Sequence record: MT782071.1
DNA from: Escherichia phage JN02
Reading direction: 5' to 3' (one strand)
DNA length: 64,000 nucleotides
The position numbers and the translations under genes were made by a program. This document shows, piece by piece, positions 1-9,929 of the stretch (its first letter is position 1; the number at the start of each line of letters is the position of its first letter). The notes under the pieces are model-generated. The model did no database searches. It saw only the letters and a program-made list of their open reading frames with translations, and was not told the origin of the DNA.

Positions 1-1183
1 ATAAGGTTGAACCGGGTGAGAACGACCTTGTGGAATCACCTTGTTTTGCTCTTTAAGGCTATTAAAAATAATAGCATCCCATGTTTTAATTGGGCTAAAC
101 ACAGATTGAATCTGTATCTTAGCATAATAACCCATGTCCAAGCTCAAGTTAATGAACTGACGTTTACCATCAATTTGTAATACACGATACACGTCGATAA
201 TGTTATAAGAAATATATCGTTGGTGATTGCTTTCACGAAGCTTAGAAATAGGGCCGTCATATTTCAGTTTACCGACGTTCAATTCAAATTCTGAAATGTA
301 ATCCAGAGAATACGACGGTTGATTAGTAAAAGAGAATTTTTTGTAAAGGTCAATGTAATCAAGAACAGAGATACCGAACAATGTAATGATTTCACGAGAA
401 CCATACATGTTTTCGATAACTTTAACACGAGTTTTACGATGTGGTGATAAACGTTTCGCAGTAGATTCGCCAAAAATATTCTTGATTCGGTTATACACAT
501 ATGGAATATCAAATGACTCAACGTTCCATCCGGTTAAAATGACAGGAGTTTTCTGTTGCCAGAAGTTGAGATATTCCATCAACAATTCTTTTTCGTTATC
601 GAACGGCATATAAATGATTTTATCGATAATTTCGGATGGAACTTCATCACCACCTTGTTCTTGAAGCTTAGCCGCAATTTCGATAGACCATTCTTCCACA
701 TTACCGTATGGAGAATTCAAAAGGTCAAATACGTAGAACCTGTCGTCAATTGAGTCATAATGGGTGATAGCATCAATTGGATGTTTTGCTTGTGACGGCT
801 CAGGGAACCCATCCGGAGATGTTACTTCGATGTCGAAGTTAGCCACACGAATTTTTGTATGGTCGTATTTGATTTCATAGTTATAAGTGTCAGACAAATA
901 CGCCAATTTGAAATCGTCCATGCCAAGTGCTTCAAGTCCGATATCTTCCATGCGTTTAATCCATTGGGAGGCATCACGCATATTGGCGAACAACTTACGA
1001 GTACACGGCTTACCGTAGATATCGAAATATTTCGTAGCCTGACTTTCTGGACAATGAGCAAACAGTGATGGTTTATATTCTACTTCACGAGTACGTTCAC
1101 GGCCATTAGAATCGATGTAACGTTCAAAAATTGAATCACCAATCTGTTCAACCGTTAAGTAAAATTCTTTCATTTAATTTCCT
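1..1183 (-). CDS. 43: DNA polymerase gp43, N-terminal ~394 aa (partial, continues past window start)
   Basis: Manual minus-strand translation from ATG ~1183 reads MKEFYLTVEQIGDSIFERYIDSNGRERTREVEY...KTWDAIIFNSLK with no stop to the window edge; closely matches the N-terminus of T4 gp43 as I recall it. Absent from ORF track because it has no in-window stop. Confidence 0.85.
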
Positions 1184-1254
1184 TTAGACGAGTTATTGTC
1201 TTTTGTTTGTTGATGAACTTATTATACTCCAAATGGGACCGAAGTCCCATTGCT

Positions 1255-1623
1255 TTAATTACCAATTGTATATTTTGCTTTCAAAGTCCAGTCATCTTTC
1301 TGTTTAAAAGAGATAACACGGAAGTTATTAGTAAGGCCAAACAGATCTTCACGAGCAGAGTCTTCAATAACAATCAATCCCCAGTCTTCAAGCAACTGAG
1401 CAATCGAATCACGTCGCTGATAGTCTTCACCATCAATATCAACCTGACGTCCGTCCATACGCAGCATTTCTTTAAAGTGGACGATATAGTACTTACCTTG
1501 CTTTTGGAGGATATGACAAGACTGGTAAAGGACTTTATCCTTGTTATTAGCGATGCCCATACGGGTCAAAGTCTCTTTGACTTTCAGAAAATCTTCAGGG
1601 TTCTTCAATTTAATTTCAATCAT
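1255..1623 (-). CDS. regA: RegA translational repressor
   Basis: ORF track 1255..1632; from M4 reads MIEIKLKNPEDFLKVKETLTRMGIANNKDKVLYQSCHILQK..., near-identical to T4 RegA as recalled; start set to the MIEI methionine. Confidence 0.9.
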   Translation of the reverse strand: MIEIKLKNPEDFLKVKETLTRMGIANNKDKVLYQSCHILQKQGKYYIVHFKEMLRMDGRQVDIDGEDYQRRDSIAQLLEDWGLIVIEDSAREDLFGLTNNFRVISFKQKDDWTLKAKYTIGN

Positions 1624-1625
1624 TT

Positions 1626-2189
1626 TTACCATTCCAATGCTAATTTTTTAAATTGTTTTTGTTCTTTCACATTTTTTGTAACTTCTTTGAGAAACTCATC
1701 AGTGACCATGGCCTTCAGTTCTTTAAGGACTATTGGCAACTTGTTATTTTTTTCAAGGAGCCGCTTATACTCAGTAGCATCATTCATGTTGATTGTGTAA
1801 TGTTTCATCAACAGTTTGATAACTAGTAACTCTGAAGTGTCTTCGACTAGTTTAGCCCATTTAGAGAATCGACGACCACGCGGAATTGCCGCCATCATAT
1901 AGTTGAAGTGCGCTTCATCACTTAATTCAGAACCGACTAAGTTCATCATGTAAACAGCTGGCATACATTCTGGGAACTGGGATAATGAGTTCTCAACCAT
2001 AAATTTTGAGTAGTCGACCTGAGCAATTGACATAGGTTTCTTTTCATTAATAGCATTAATGATTTTAAAGAATTCATTCTCAGGTTTTTCTTTAAACATA
2101 TCAGCACATTTTTGAATCGCATCAGCGTCATTAGACTTCCATGCAATTTGGTGCTCGTTAAGCTGGACGTCATCATCGAATAAGTTCAT
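1626..2189 (-). CDS. 62: Clamp-loader subunit gp62
   Basis: 187 aa, same length as T4 gp62; C-terminus [16 protein letters not shown] matches T4; lies between regA and gene 44. Confidence 0.9.
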   Translation of the reverse strand: MNLFDDDVQLNEHQIAWKSNDADAIQKCADMFKEKPENEFFKIINAINEKKPMSIAQVDYSKFMVENSLSQFPECMPAVYMMNLVGSELSDEAHFNYMMAAIPRGRRFSKWAKLVEDTSELLVIKLLMKHYTINMNDATEYKRLLEKNNKLPIVLKELKAMVTDEFLKEVTKNVKEQKQFKKLALEW

Positions 2190-2190
2190 A

Positions 2191-3153
2191 TTATTTCCAA
2201 GTCAATTCGCAGGTCAGTTGAAGAAGCATATACATAACATGTAATTCAATATTACTTGCTAATCCATGAAACTTATTGTTTTCGCCTGCAATTTCATAAA
2301 GCGAAATAATACTTTTACCAGGTGCAACTTGGTCATAACATTCAGAAACTAATTTATCGATGAACCATGAATAATCTGCGGCATATTTTGGAGCTAATGC
2401 ACGAAGCTGTTTGATATCTTTGTTCTTCATTGCTTCGATAACATCAGAGACTGTGCCACGGTCATTAGTTACGATAGACAAAATACCAGCATCAAGAACA
2501 CCTTTAGACGAGTACTGGTCTAATTGACCAATTGTGCGACGAAAGTCCGGGAAGTTCTTTTTAACCAGAGCTGCAACAACTTTCATATCAGCGATTTCGA
2601 TATTTTCATTCTTACAGATTTCAACCATACGATGAATCATTTTCTTCATCATCGAGATTTTATCTTCTTCGGTTGGACGTCCGAATTCGATAACTCGACA
2701 ACGACTACGTAATGGTTCAATAATTCCATCGATGTTGTTAGCAGTAATAACAATAGAGCAGTTACTAGAGAATTCTTCCATAAACGTACGAAGGTGACGT
2801 TGTGATTCGGCGAGGCCACTACGGTCAAATTCATCAATAACAATAACTTTAGGCTTACCTTCCATTGAGACTGAACGAGCGAATGCGGTTAACGGTCCCC
2901 GCACAAAATCAATCTTACAATCAGAACCGTTGACGAACATCATTTCGGCATTGATATCATTACATAATGCTTTTGCTACGGTTGTTTTACCTGTACCAGG
3001 AGAAGGAGAGTGCAAAATAATATGAGGAAGTTTTCCTTTAGATACTAAAGACTTGAATGTTTCATGGTCATACGCAGGCAGAATACATTCGTCAATGGAA
3101 GAAGGACGATATTTCTGTTCTAGAATGTGTTCTTTGGAATTGATAGTAATCAT
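2191..3153 (-). CDS. 44: Clamp-loader ATPase gp44
   Basis: 320 aa; Walker [16 protein letters not shown]; AAA+ clamp-loader architecture; T4 synteny. Confidence 0.92.
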   Translation of the reverse strand: MITINSKEHILEQKYRPSSIDECILPAYDHETFKSLVSKGKLPHIILHSPSPGTGKTTVAKALCNDINAEMMFVNGSDCKIDFVRGPLTAFARSVSMEGKPKVIVIDEFDRSGLAESQRHLRTFMEEFSSNCSIVITANNIDGIIEPLRSRCRVIEFGRPTEEDKISMMKKMIHRMVEICKNENIEIADMKVVAALVKKNFPDFRRTIGQLDQYSSKGVLDAGILSIVTNDRGTVSDVIEAMKNKDIKQLRALAPKYAADYSWFIDKLVSECYDQVAPGKSIISLYEIAGENNKFHGLASNIELHVMYMLLQLTCELTWK

Positions 3154-3228
3154 GTAATTTTCCTCATTATCATTAAACTGGAGGATTTCTCCTCCATAAT
3201 CGTATCACAATAAACGTAAAGCTTTGAC

Positions 3229-3915
3229 TTAGAAGTCGTGAGTAGAATCGGCTTCCATCGCAATAACATAACTTACTTGAGAGCTTTCAAACTTGGCTGC
3301 AACTTTATCACCAGCTCCCCACAACATTACTTTATAGTTACCTGGCTGGATTTTCATATTAGCCATATTGATTACGAAGTTAAAATTGTTAGAACCATCA
3401 TAATCGGTAAGAGTCAAAGAATACTTAGGACGAGTTAATCCAGAATCTTCAACTTTATTGTAGCCATTGATAACAATTTTACCATCTTTATTTGTAATAG
3501 CAATTGTATCAATTTGAAGACCACGTGAAACTCGAAGCAATTGTTGAAGGTCTTCAGCTTTAATTTCAGTAATCACGGAAGCCACTGGGAATTGAATTGG
3601 CTTATTAGGAAAAACAATGGTGCTCTTGTCAGCGGCAGGCCAATAAACTGTGGAACGTGTATCTGCAATTTTAATATTGCCATCGGTGTGCATTGAAATT
3701 TCAGCATCATCAGACACTAGACTCAAAATGCTTAAGAAGCTATTCAAATCATAAAGTGCTACGTCAAAATCAATTTCATCAGAGATATTTGCTTCCGCAT
3801 AAGTGGTGCCATTAACTGCACGAGTCATAATAAATTTACCTTGACTCAGCAGAATGCCGGAGTTAATAGAGGCAAAGTTTTTCAGAATAGCGATAGTATC
3901 TTTAGACAGTTTCAT
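3229..3915 (-). CDS. 45: Sliding clamp gp45
   Basis: Track ORF 3229..3930; from M6 reads MKLSKDTIAILKNFASINSGI..., matching the T4 gp45 N-terminus; 228 aa. Confidence 0.92.
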   Translation of the reverse strand: MKLSKDTIAILKNFASINSGILLSQGKFIMTRAVNGTTYAEANISDEIDFDVALYDLNSFLSILSLVSDDAEISMHTDGNIKIADTRSTVYWPAADKSTIVFPNKPIQFPVASVITEIKAEDLQQLLRVSRGLQIDTIAITNKDGKIVINGYNKVEDSGLTRPKYSLTLTDYDGSNNFNFVINMANMKIQPGNYKVMLWGAGDKVAAKFESSQVSYVIAMEADSTHDF

Positions 3916-3957
3916 TTTATTTCCTTTCAAGACAATTCAAAGTTTATAACAAATTTA

Positions 3958-4374
3958 TTATGCAGCAACCATCTGCTTTTTAATAGCTTCAGGCAGTGAT
4001 TCAATATATTCTGGAATTTTAGAAGCAACAATTTCGCCAGCTGCAATTAGTTGTTCGTCGGCATCAACACAGTAGAGATCTTCCAGACGCTCAGAACCAT
4101 CTTTATCAAGAACGATTTTTCCGCCGGCTTCAATAGAATCTTTATAGTGCTTACGCATCAGATGAATCCACATATCAGATACATCGTTATCAATAAAACC
4201 ATAAATCATAAAACGAGTTTCTTGTGGCAAAGATTGGAGTTTTTTAGCACTTACATCATCACAATGCAGGACCCATGCTTTACGAACACGATTATGGTTA
4301 TGTGGGTTAGCGTCAGTACGGATAGAAGTAACTTTCAGATCAGCAGCAGTGAAACCTTTAGCAGTAGTAAACAT
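3958..4374 (-). CDS. RpbA-like protein (by position downstream of gene 45)
   Basis: 138-aa ORF immediately downstream of gene 45, as rpbA is in T4; sequence identity not verified. Confidence 0.55.
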   Translation of the reverse strand: MFTTAKGFTAADLKVTSIRTDANPHNHNRVRKAWVLHCDDVSAKKLQSLPQETRFMIYGFIDNDVSDMWIHLMRKHYKDSIEAGGKIVLDKDGSERLEDLYCVDADEQLIAAGEIVASKIPEYIESLPEAIKKQMVAA

Positions 4375-4386
4375 ATTATTTCTCTC

Positions 4387-4587
4387 TTATTCGTAGAAGT
4401 CGGTAACTGTCCATGCGGAATTGCGATTAGACATTATTCTATTATACTCATCTTTAAAAGCAGATTTGAGCATTTGTTCAGTAACAATATGTTCTTCACC
4501 TGAAAACGTATTGGTCAAAACATATTTTTTAATTTCAGGGACAACGAGAAGATGTTGACCGGTTGAATACTCCATGATGTTCTCCAT
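4387..4587 (-). CDS. Hypothetical protein (45.2 position)
   Basis: 66-aa track ORF between gene 46 and the rpbA-position gene. Confidence 0.55.
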   Translation of the reverse strand: MENIMEYSTGQHLLVVPEIKKYVLTNTFSGEEHIVTEQMLKSAFKDEYNRIMSNRNSAWTVTDFYE

Positions 4588-4603
4588 TTAATTTGATGTG
4601 GTC

Positions 4604-4627
4604 ATTATAACCACATCATGTTAAAGC
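4604..4627 (-). promoter_or_regulatory. Candidate MotA-dependent middle promoter
   Basis: Minus strand reads aaacGCTTTAa, 12 nt, TATAAT: a MotA-box-like GCTTTA at about -30 plus a -10; the -10 sits in the loop of the palindrome GATGTGG/CCACATC; located between gene 46 stop and the 45.2 ORF. Confidence 0.4.
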
Positions 4628-4629
4628 GT

Positions 4630-6318
4630 TTATGAAACAGTCATTACCGTAAATCGTCCAACTTTGCTCATCTGAAGATGTTGTCCATAACGTTGAGGGT
4701 CATGGTCTCGATGAGAGATAATAAACACATTAGTATTTTGTAAACTTCCAAGAATGGTATCTATAGCCTTAACAGCCTCAGAATCAACAGCGCCATCAAA
4801 AACCTCATCAAGAATCAGAGTGTTGATTTTAACGCCAGAGACCTTTTCAGCAATATCTCGCCATGTAAACAACAATGCGATATCGATACGCGCTTTTTCG
4901 CCTTGACTAAATGAAGCATAACTAAAATCTTCACGACCACGTGATTTTATAGATTCATTGAATTCTTCGTCAATAGAAAACACGTAATCGGCTTCCATGA
5001 TTTTAAGATAATGGTTAATCTGCTTGTTGAACAGAGGCACATATTTTTTAATGATAGCACCTTTAATACCAGAATCTTTTAACATATCTGTGATAATACC
5101 ACGATGGTATTTTTCAAGAACGATATCCGATTTTGTTTTAATGATTTTATCAAGTTCTTTTTGAAGCAAAGCTATCTCATCGGCATGGTCGATAAATTCC
5201 GCCGAGGCTTGTTCTATTGCAGCTTTAACTTTCTTAGCTTTATCAATAGTGGCAATCATTGCTTGTTTCTTGGTACGAATATCAGATGCAAGGTCCTGTT
5301 TAGTCTTAACATTAGCTCTATATTCGTCCACTAGGACACTCAGATTATCTCTGTGACATGTAAGTTGCTCGAATGAGTGATTACATTCGTGAAGCTTATT
5401 GGTAATCTTAGAGACAATAGGATCACCCTGGTGCAACTGTGATGCACAAGTAGGACATGTACCACCATCATGATACATCTTAATAACTTTGTTATATGAG
5501 TCAATTTTAGATTTAATCAAGAATGCTTCTTGTCCGATCTTGTTGAACGCCTCAGTAGGGTCTTCATCAAGAACGATATTAAGTAGTCGCTCATTAGCTT
5601 CTTCGATTTCTGCTTTTAATGAACGAGCTTCTTTGGCTAGGTCGTCATACATATTCTGTAGACGCGCTACATTATCACCAGATAATTTCTTTTGACGTTC
5701 GATATTCTCGTTATAAATCTTAATTTGTTGGATAACACCATCTTTCTTGGCATCGAGAACTTGTCCCTGGGAATTAAGTTCTCTAACTTGAGACTTATTG
5801 ATTTTATCCATTTCAGCGAGTGTGCCGACTTCTAAAAGGTCTTCGACAAGTTTTCTACGAGCAGGGGTGCTAAGAGCCATGAAAGGGGTATACCCTGCCG
5901 TCCCAAGCACAACGATTTGTTTAAAAGACGCGTATGACATTCCGATGCTACGTTCAAATTCTTCTTGGAAGTCACGACTGCTGGCAGATTCATCAAGACG
6001 AACACCGTCAACGGAGATTTCGAAAATATTGGGCTTTTGGCCACGTTTAATGAAGTATTTTTTACCATCGAATTCCATCCAAAGCTCAACTAAGAGCTCT
6101 TTCTTGTTCGTGCTATTAATGATTTGCCCTTTCTTAACATCACGAAATGGTTTACCGAAAAGTCCGAAAGTAATGGCTTCTAACATCGTAGATTTACCAC
6201 CACCATTTTTACCAGTGATTAATGTCTTTTGGACTTTATCTAATTGGATGTCAATAGGATTCCCACCTACCGACATGATGTTTTGATAACGAACACGATT
6301 TAATTTAAATGATTTCAT
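4630..6318 (-). CDS. 46: Recombination endonuclease subunit gp46 (Rad50/SbcC-like ATPase)
   Basis: 562 aa; N-terminal Walker A GKNGGGKSTMLEAITFGLFG; long coiled-coil middle; C-terminal ABC signature and Walker B region (TLILDEVFDGA); T4 synteny. Confidence 0.92.
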   Translation of the reverse strand: MKSFKLNRVRYQNIMSVGGNPIDIQLDKVQKTLITGKNGGGKSTMLEAITFGLFGKPFRDVKKGQIINSTNKKELLVELWMEFDGKKYFIKRGQKPNIFEISVDGVRLDESASSRDFQEEFERSIGMSYASFKQIVVLGTAGYTPFMALSTPARRKLVEDLLEVGTLAEMDKINKSQVRELNSQGQVLDAKKDGVIQQIKIYNENIERQKKLSGDNVARLQNMYDDLAKEARSLKAEIEEANERLLNIVLDEDPTEAFNKIGQEAFLIKSKIDSYNKVIKMYHDGGTCPTCASQLHQGDPIVSKITNKLHECNHSFEQLTCHRDNLSVLVDEYRANVKTKQDLASDIRTKKQAMIATIDKAKKVKAAIEQASAEFIDHADEIALLQKELDKIIKTKSDIVLEKYHRGIITDMLKDSGIKGAIIKKYVPLFNKQINHYLKIMEADYVFSIDEEFNESIKSRGREDFSYASFSQGEKARIDIALLFTWRDIAEKVSGVKINTLILDEVFDGAVDSEAVKAIDTILGSLQNTNVFIISHRDHDPQRYGQHLQMSKVGRFTVMTVS

Positions 6319-6569
6319 ATGTATTCTCTTCGAATGAAGTCCTCTACATATTTTAACATGTCATCTCTATCAGCAAAATATTCATCTAGTTCTGCATACA
6401 TAACAACACCTGGTGCGTACTCACAGGTAACATACATTGTTCCAAAGAAACGAGGAGTTGATTCCTCGTAATTCTCAGTCCATTCAACGATACCAATATA
6501 ACCGTCGCCAATACTAAATTCATGACGATGGATTTCATAGTCAGTCTTCGTCATTATACGCATCCTCAA
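6315..6569 (-). CDS. Hypothetical protein (46.1 position)
   Basis: 84-aa track ORF, 4-nt overlap with gene 46 start. Confidence 0.6.
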   Translation of the reverse strand: MRMRIMTKTDYEIHRHEFSIGDGYIGIVEWTENYEESTPRFFGTMYVTCEYAPGVVMYAELDEYFADRDDMLKYVEDFIRREYI

Positions 6570-6798
6570 TACACGCTTCAGCCATTTTAAGAATAGAGCC
6601 AGGAGTATCGTTGTCCATTATATTAAAGCTAAATTCAATGGCCCAGTCGGTGCAGACATGAACTGCTTTAACTTCATTGCCTTCAACGCGTAATGGCTCA
6701 ATCCAATACTTGATAGTGTTCTCGAATCCATCATCATCTTTAACGTCCATTTCAACTTCAAGCCTGAGTCCAGCATTGTTAAATTCATCTAAAGTCAT
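6541..6798 (-). CDS. Hypothetical protein (46.2 position)
   Basis: 85-aa track ORF between gene 47 and the 46.1-position ORF. Confidence 0.55.
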   Translation of the reverse strand: MTLDEFNNAGLRLEVEMDVKDDDGFENTIKYWIEPLRVEGNEVKAVHVCTDWAIEFSFNIMDNDTPGSILKMAEACIEDAYNDED

Positions 6799-7814
6799 TG
6801 TGTTGCCTCAATATAAAGTTCGTTGGAATATTTGACCAGCGCTTCTCTGTCTTCGTCTGAGATATCTGGAATCGCATCAATATATTCTTTAATGATATCT
6901 TGAAGTGATTTAATCTCGATTTCCTGGTCGTCATCAGATTCAACACTGTTATCAACTTTAGAAACCATACGAAGAGAGTGAACTACTTTTTCAAGTTCAG
7001 ATTCAAACTTAGTCAACTCTGAATCAATTTCTGATACTATAACACGTACGGCTAGATTAGTATAATCAGAATAATTGATTTTGCCTTTAAACGGATAAGT
7101 GATTCGTCGATGCCATGTTGTTTCATTAGGAATAAATTCCATACGTTCAACATCAGTGTCAAATACCCAGAATCCTCGAGGGTCGTTCTCATCACCTGCA
7201 GTAAGGGTCCATGGTGTCCCAATATATTTGACGTTAGCAGCTTCAGAGATTGTGTGGAAGTGGCCGGACCAGACTTGTTTATAGGTCTTTAAGAAATCAG
7301 GTTCAAGCCCATGAGACTTCATTCCTTTATAGAAATAAAAGCCATTCAGTTCCCAGTGCCCAACACAATACGCGGCGGAAGAAGTCTTGATGTGCTCTAA
7401 GATTTCACCTGTATTTTCTTCACACATCCATGGAACGATATCAATCAGACATCCGTCAAAATCTACAGTAGTTGGATGCTCGTAAATAGTAAAGTTTTCA
7501 AATTGAGTTAACAATTCAGAAACAGTGTTAGGTGTTATTGTATTCTTAAACGCCATGTCATGGTTTCCTATCGTGACATGAACGTGAATGCCTGCTTTAG
7601 AAATCATATCAACGATTTCACGATTGAATTCCATTGTACGATGTGTTATTGCTTTACGGACGTCAAACCAATCACCGTACTGAATCCAAGTTTTAATCCC
7701 ATGTTTCTTAGAGTATTCAATTGCTTGACGAATACCATCACGTTGAATATCTTGAACCCATGGGTCGTCTTGTTTGACTCCGATGTGGAAGTCGCCTAAG
7801 TGCAAAATTTTCAT
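6795..7814 (-). CDS. 47: Recombination endonuclease subunit gp47 (Mre11/SbcD-like)
   Basis: 339 aa, same as T4 gp47; N-terminus MKILHLGDFHIG is a calcineurin-like phosphoesterase motif; SD GAGGAAAT upstream. Confidence 0.92.
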   Translation of the reverse strand: MKILHLGDFHIGVKQDDPWVQDIQRDGIRQAIEYSKKHGIKTWIQYGDWFDVRKAITHRTMEFNREIVDMISKAGIHVHVTIGNHDMAFKNTITPNTVSELLTQFENFTIYEHPTTVDFDGCLIDIVPWMCEENTGEILEHIKTSSAAYCVGHWELNGFYFYKGMKSHGLEPDFLKTYKQVWSGHFHTISEAANVKYIGTPWTLTAGDENDPRGFWVFDTDVERMEFIPNETTWHRRITYPFKGKINYSDYTNLAVRVIVSEIDSELTKFESELEKVVHSLRMVSKVDNSVESDDDQEIEIKSLQDIIKEYIDAIPDISDEDREALVKYSNELYIEATQ

Positions 7815-7860
7815 ATTATTTCCTCATTAGTTAATTCATTCTATCATCCGTTTATAAAGC

Positions 7861-7888
7861 AAAAAAAAAAGGAACTCCGAAGAGTTCC
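7861..7888 (-). terminator. Rho-independent terminator (minus strand)
   Basis: Perfect hairpin GGAACTC-ttcg-GAGTTCC followed on the minus strand by T10; between the 57-aa ORF and gene 47. Confidence 0.7.
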
Positions 7889-8061
7889 TATCCACATAGT
7901 ACGCCGTACAGAGGCTCATTTGAACTTTTAAATCGAATGGGCTTGTATGTAATAGTTCCTTCGGCTTTAGCTTTATCATAAGACTCTTTAAAACGTCTCA
8001 TTCTTTCTGCTTTGCCTTTACGGATTTTATCGAAATTTTCAGAAGTCGGGATGTTCGTCAT
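7888..8061 (-). CDS. Small hypothetical protein (57 aa, below ORF-track threshold)
   Basis: Manual translation MTNIPTSENFDKIRKGKAERMRRFKESYDKAKAEGTITYKPIRFKSSNEPLYGVLCG; GAGG about 8 nt upstream of the ATG; stop overlaps the terminator hairpin. Confidence 0.4.
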   Translation of the reverse strand: MTNIPTSENFDKIRKGKAERMRRFKESYDKAKAEGTITYKPIRFKSSNEPLYGVLCG

Positions 8062-8100
8062 GCATAAGCACCTCTCAGAAAATACCTAAATCGATTTCTC

Positions 8101-8322
8101 TCATCGTTTCCACCATTTCTTAACTTGAAATGAATCAACCCACACGAGTTGTTTTGGGTCTGCCTTTACAATAGGCGGACAAATTTCTGTAATAGAACCG
8201 TCATGATATTCCTTTTCAGAAATTTTAACACAAAGAGGACCTCCCAATTTAAGGGTGAACCCTGCGTTCAGATTAAGACGTTTAAACTTTGTTTGAACTA
8301 GCGCCATTAATGATGTCCTCAA
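8101..8322 (-). CDS. Hypothetical protein
   Basis: 73-aa track ORF; true start may be the internal Met at ~8307. Confidence 0.5.
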   Translation of the reverse strand: MRTSLMALVQTKFKRLNLNAGFTLKLGGPLCVKISEKEYHDGSITEICPPIVKADPKQLVWVDSFQVKKWWKR

Positions 8323-8605
8323 TAGCCTGACGAGTAGTAATCCACTGGATTTTAATTAACTTGTCATTATATGGTTGTCGTAGAATATCCCGAGATTTCT
8401 TAATAGCATATTCGTAAGCTTCGAAGTTATTTTGAATTGCTGCTTCTTGAGCATGAGCATAAAGACGGTTTAGTTCAAAACGATTCTTTTTAAGAATCTT
8501 TTCGGATTTTTTACGTGCTTCAGCTTCATTTTTCTTTTGGATTTCTTGTAGCATTTTAGCTACTGCATCTTCTGCTTCTTTATTTTCAATAATCTCGGTA
8601 GTCAT
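8282..8605 (-). CDS. Hypothetical protein
   Basis: 107-aa track ORF, charged and helical; occupies the slot where T4 carries alpha-glucosyltransferase. Confidence 0.6.
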   Translation of the reverse strand: MTTEIIENKEAEDAVAKMLQEIQKKNEAEARKKSEKILKKNRFELNRLYAHAQEAAIQNNFEAYEYAIKKSRDILRQPYNDKLIKIQWITTRQAIEDIINGASSNKV

Positions 8606-8606
8606 A

Positions 8607-8816
8607 TTATCTCATTAAATTAAAATAAAAACGTCCATCCTCTTCAATACAGAACTCGTACTCAACTGGAGTCCCGTTTATCGAAAATGACACGTCATGT
8701 GGGTTCAAAGGGTCGATGTCAAAATTAATTTTAAATTCACGACCCAACAGTTTTACCAAATAAGGGATTGCTTCGTCAAAAGGTTCTTCTAAGTAGTTAG
8801 AGATGTCAATTGTCAT
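8607..8816 (-). CDS. Hypothetical protein
   Basis: Track ORF 8607..8900 overlaps gene 55; internal ATG ([11 protein letters not shown]...) just after the gene 55 stop gives a 69-aa product. Confidence 0.5.
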   Translation of the reverse strand: MTIDISNYLEEPFDEAIPYLVKLLGREFKINFDIDPLNPHDVSFSINGTPVEYEFCIEEDGRFYFNLMR

Positions 8817-9363
8817 CCTCATATAAAAAATCCAAACTAGGTGAATCGCTAACAACTTCCTTCTTTTCAGCCCCAGGAGCTTTATAAGCGGATTCTTCAT
8901 AATGCGTCATTTTATCGTAGATGTCTTGAATAAACGTTTCATCTACCAACGCTACCATATCATCGTCATGACTGTCGTAGACATTATGAACGAAGTAACT
9001 ATATTTCTTTGCAACTTCCTTACGTTCTTTTTTGATACGTTGGACAAAAGCATTAAAACAAGCTCGAGTTATGTATGCATGTGGGTTATTGTACTTAGTT
9101 TCGTCGAAATTATGAAGTCCCTTAATAGAGGCTTCAATCCCATCTGCAATCATCTCCTGCTTCCAAGACTGGGTATATCCTGAAAAGTTGAAACGTTTGG
9201 ACAGGCCTTCGGCGATAAGCATAATTGCTAAACCGATGGTATCATTCTGACGAATAATTTTGTTTGGGTCTTTATTATTTAAGAGCTCCTTTTTCCACTC
9301 GATTATAGCGGCGAGAAGCTCTTTATTATTCACATAGTTATTTTTAGGTTTTTGTTCAGTCAT
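8806..9363 (-). CDS. 55: Late-transcription sigma factor gp55
   Basis: 185 aa; [35 protein letters not shown]...[12 protein letters not shown], near-identical to T4 gp55 as recalled. Confidence 0.93.
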   Translation of the reverse strand: MTEQKPKNNYVNNKELLAAIIEWKKELLNNKDPNKIIRQNDTIGLAIMLIAEGLSKRFNFSGYTQSWKQEMIADGIEASIKGLHNFDETKYNNPHAYITRACFNAFVQRIKKERKEVAKKYSYFVHNVYDSHDDDMVALVDETFIQDIYDKMTHYEESAYKAPGAEKKEVVSDSPSLDFLYEDDN

Positions 9364-9435
9364 AAGTACCTCTTAGCTCAATTCATAGGTCTATTATATC
9401 ATAATATTTAGAGACCTATCTTAAAGCACGAGATA

Positions 9436-9705
9436 CTATCGGAGCAAACAATAAGCCTGAAACACTTTTTCCATTAAACGTTTGAACTCATGGATATCGA
9501 TATAAAGCTCAGTAAGTCCGGCATTATAAAGAAAATCTAAAAAGTTCTCATGTGTTTCGTTATAGTCGCCTTCGTTTAATTGAGATACATGAGTTTCCCA
9601 AAAACCAACACCTTTAACGAATGGAAAATACGTGACTTTCATGTATTCGTCAACATAAAATTCGCCCAGCTTTTCTTCAGTTATACTGATTCGAGTTAAT
9701 TTCAT
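9436..9705 (-). CDS. Hypothetical protein
   Basis: 89-aa track ORF. Confidence 0.6.
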   Translation of the reverse strand: MKLTRISITEEKLGEFYVDEYMKVTYFPFVKGVGFWETHVSQLNEGDYNETHENFLDFLYNAGLTELYIDIHEFKRLMEKVFQAYCLLR

Positions 9706-9929
9706 TCTAGTTCCTTTGCTGCTTCAAGAGCAGCATCCAACGAATCAAATTGGTCAACGAAATCGATATTCAACGCATCGTCAGCCGTAGTATATAGCCA
9801 CCATTGTTTGAATTCATATTCTAGGATAAATCCAAGCCCTTCAATCTGAGAAAGACCTAGACTATTTGTACCAACTTCGTAACCAGCTAGACGCAGGTCA
9901 TTAATCAAAGTTTCTGTTAATATGCTCAT
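9702..9929 (-). CDS. Hypothetical protein
   Basis: 75-aa track ORF, acidic; 4-nt overlap with neighbours. Confidence 0.6.
   Translation of the reverse strand: MSILTETLINDLRLAGYEVGTNSLGLSQIEGLGFILEYEFKQWWLYTTADDALNIDFVDQFDSLDAALEAAKELE

Noticed and set aside
1235-1248. GGGAC-cgaa-GTCCC hairpin upstream of gene 43 as the gp43 translational operator
   Set aside because: It lies ~50 nt upstream of the ATG, immediately after the regA stop, with no T-run; more likely an RNA-stability or processing hairpin than the operator, which should include the SD.
1207-1800. 197-aa plus-strand ORF
   Set aside because: Antisense to regA and gene 62, which have strong homology; low-complexity translation; shadow ORF.
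5798-6286. 162-aa plus-strand ORF inside gene 46
   Set aside because: Antisense shadow of the well-supported gp46 gene.
9380-9440. GCTTTA plus palindrome upstream of gene 55 as a MotA middle promoter
   Set aside because: Spacing from the GCTTTA box to any TATAAT-like hexamer is about 20 nt or more, outside the 11-13 nt expected.
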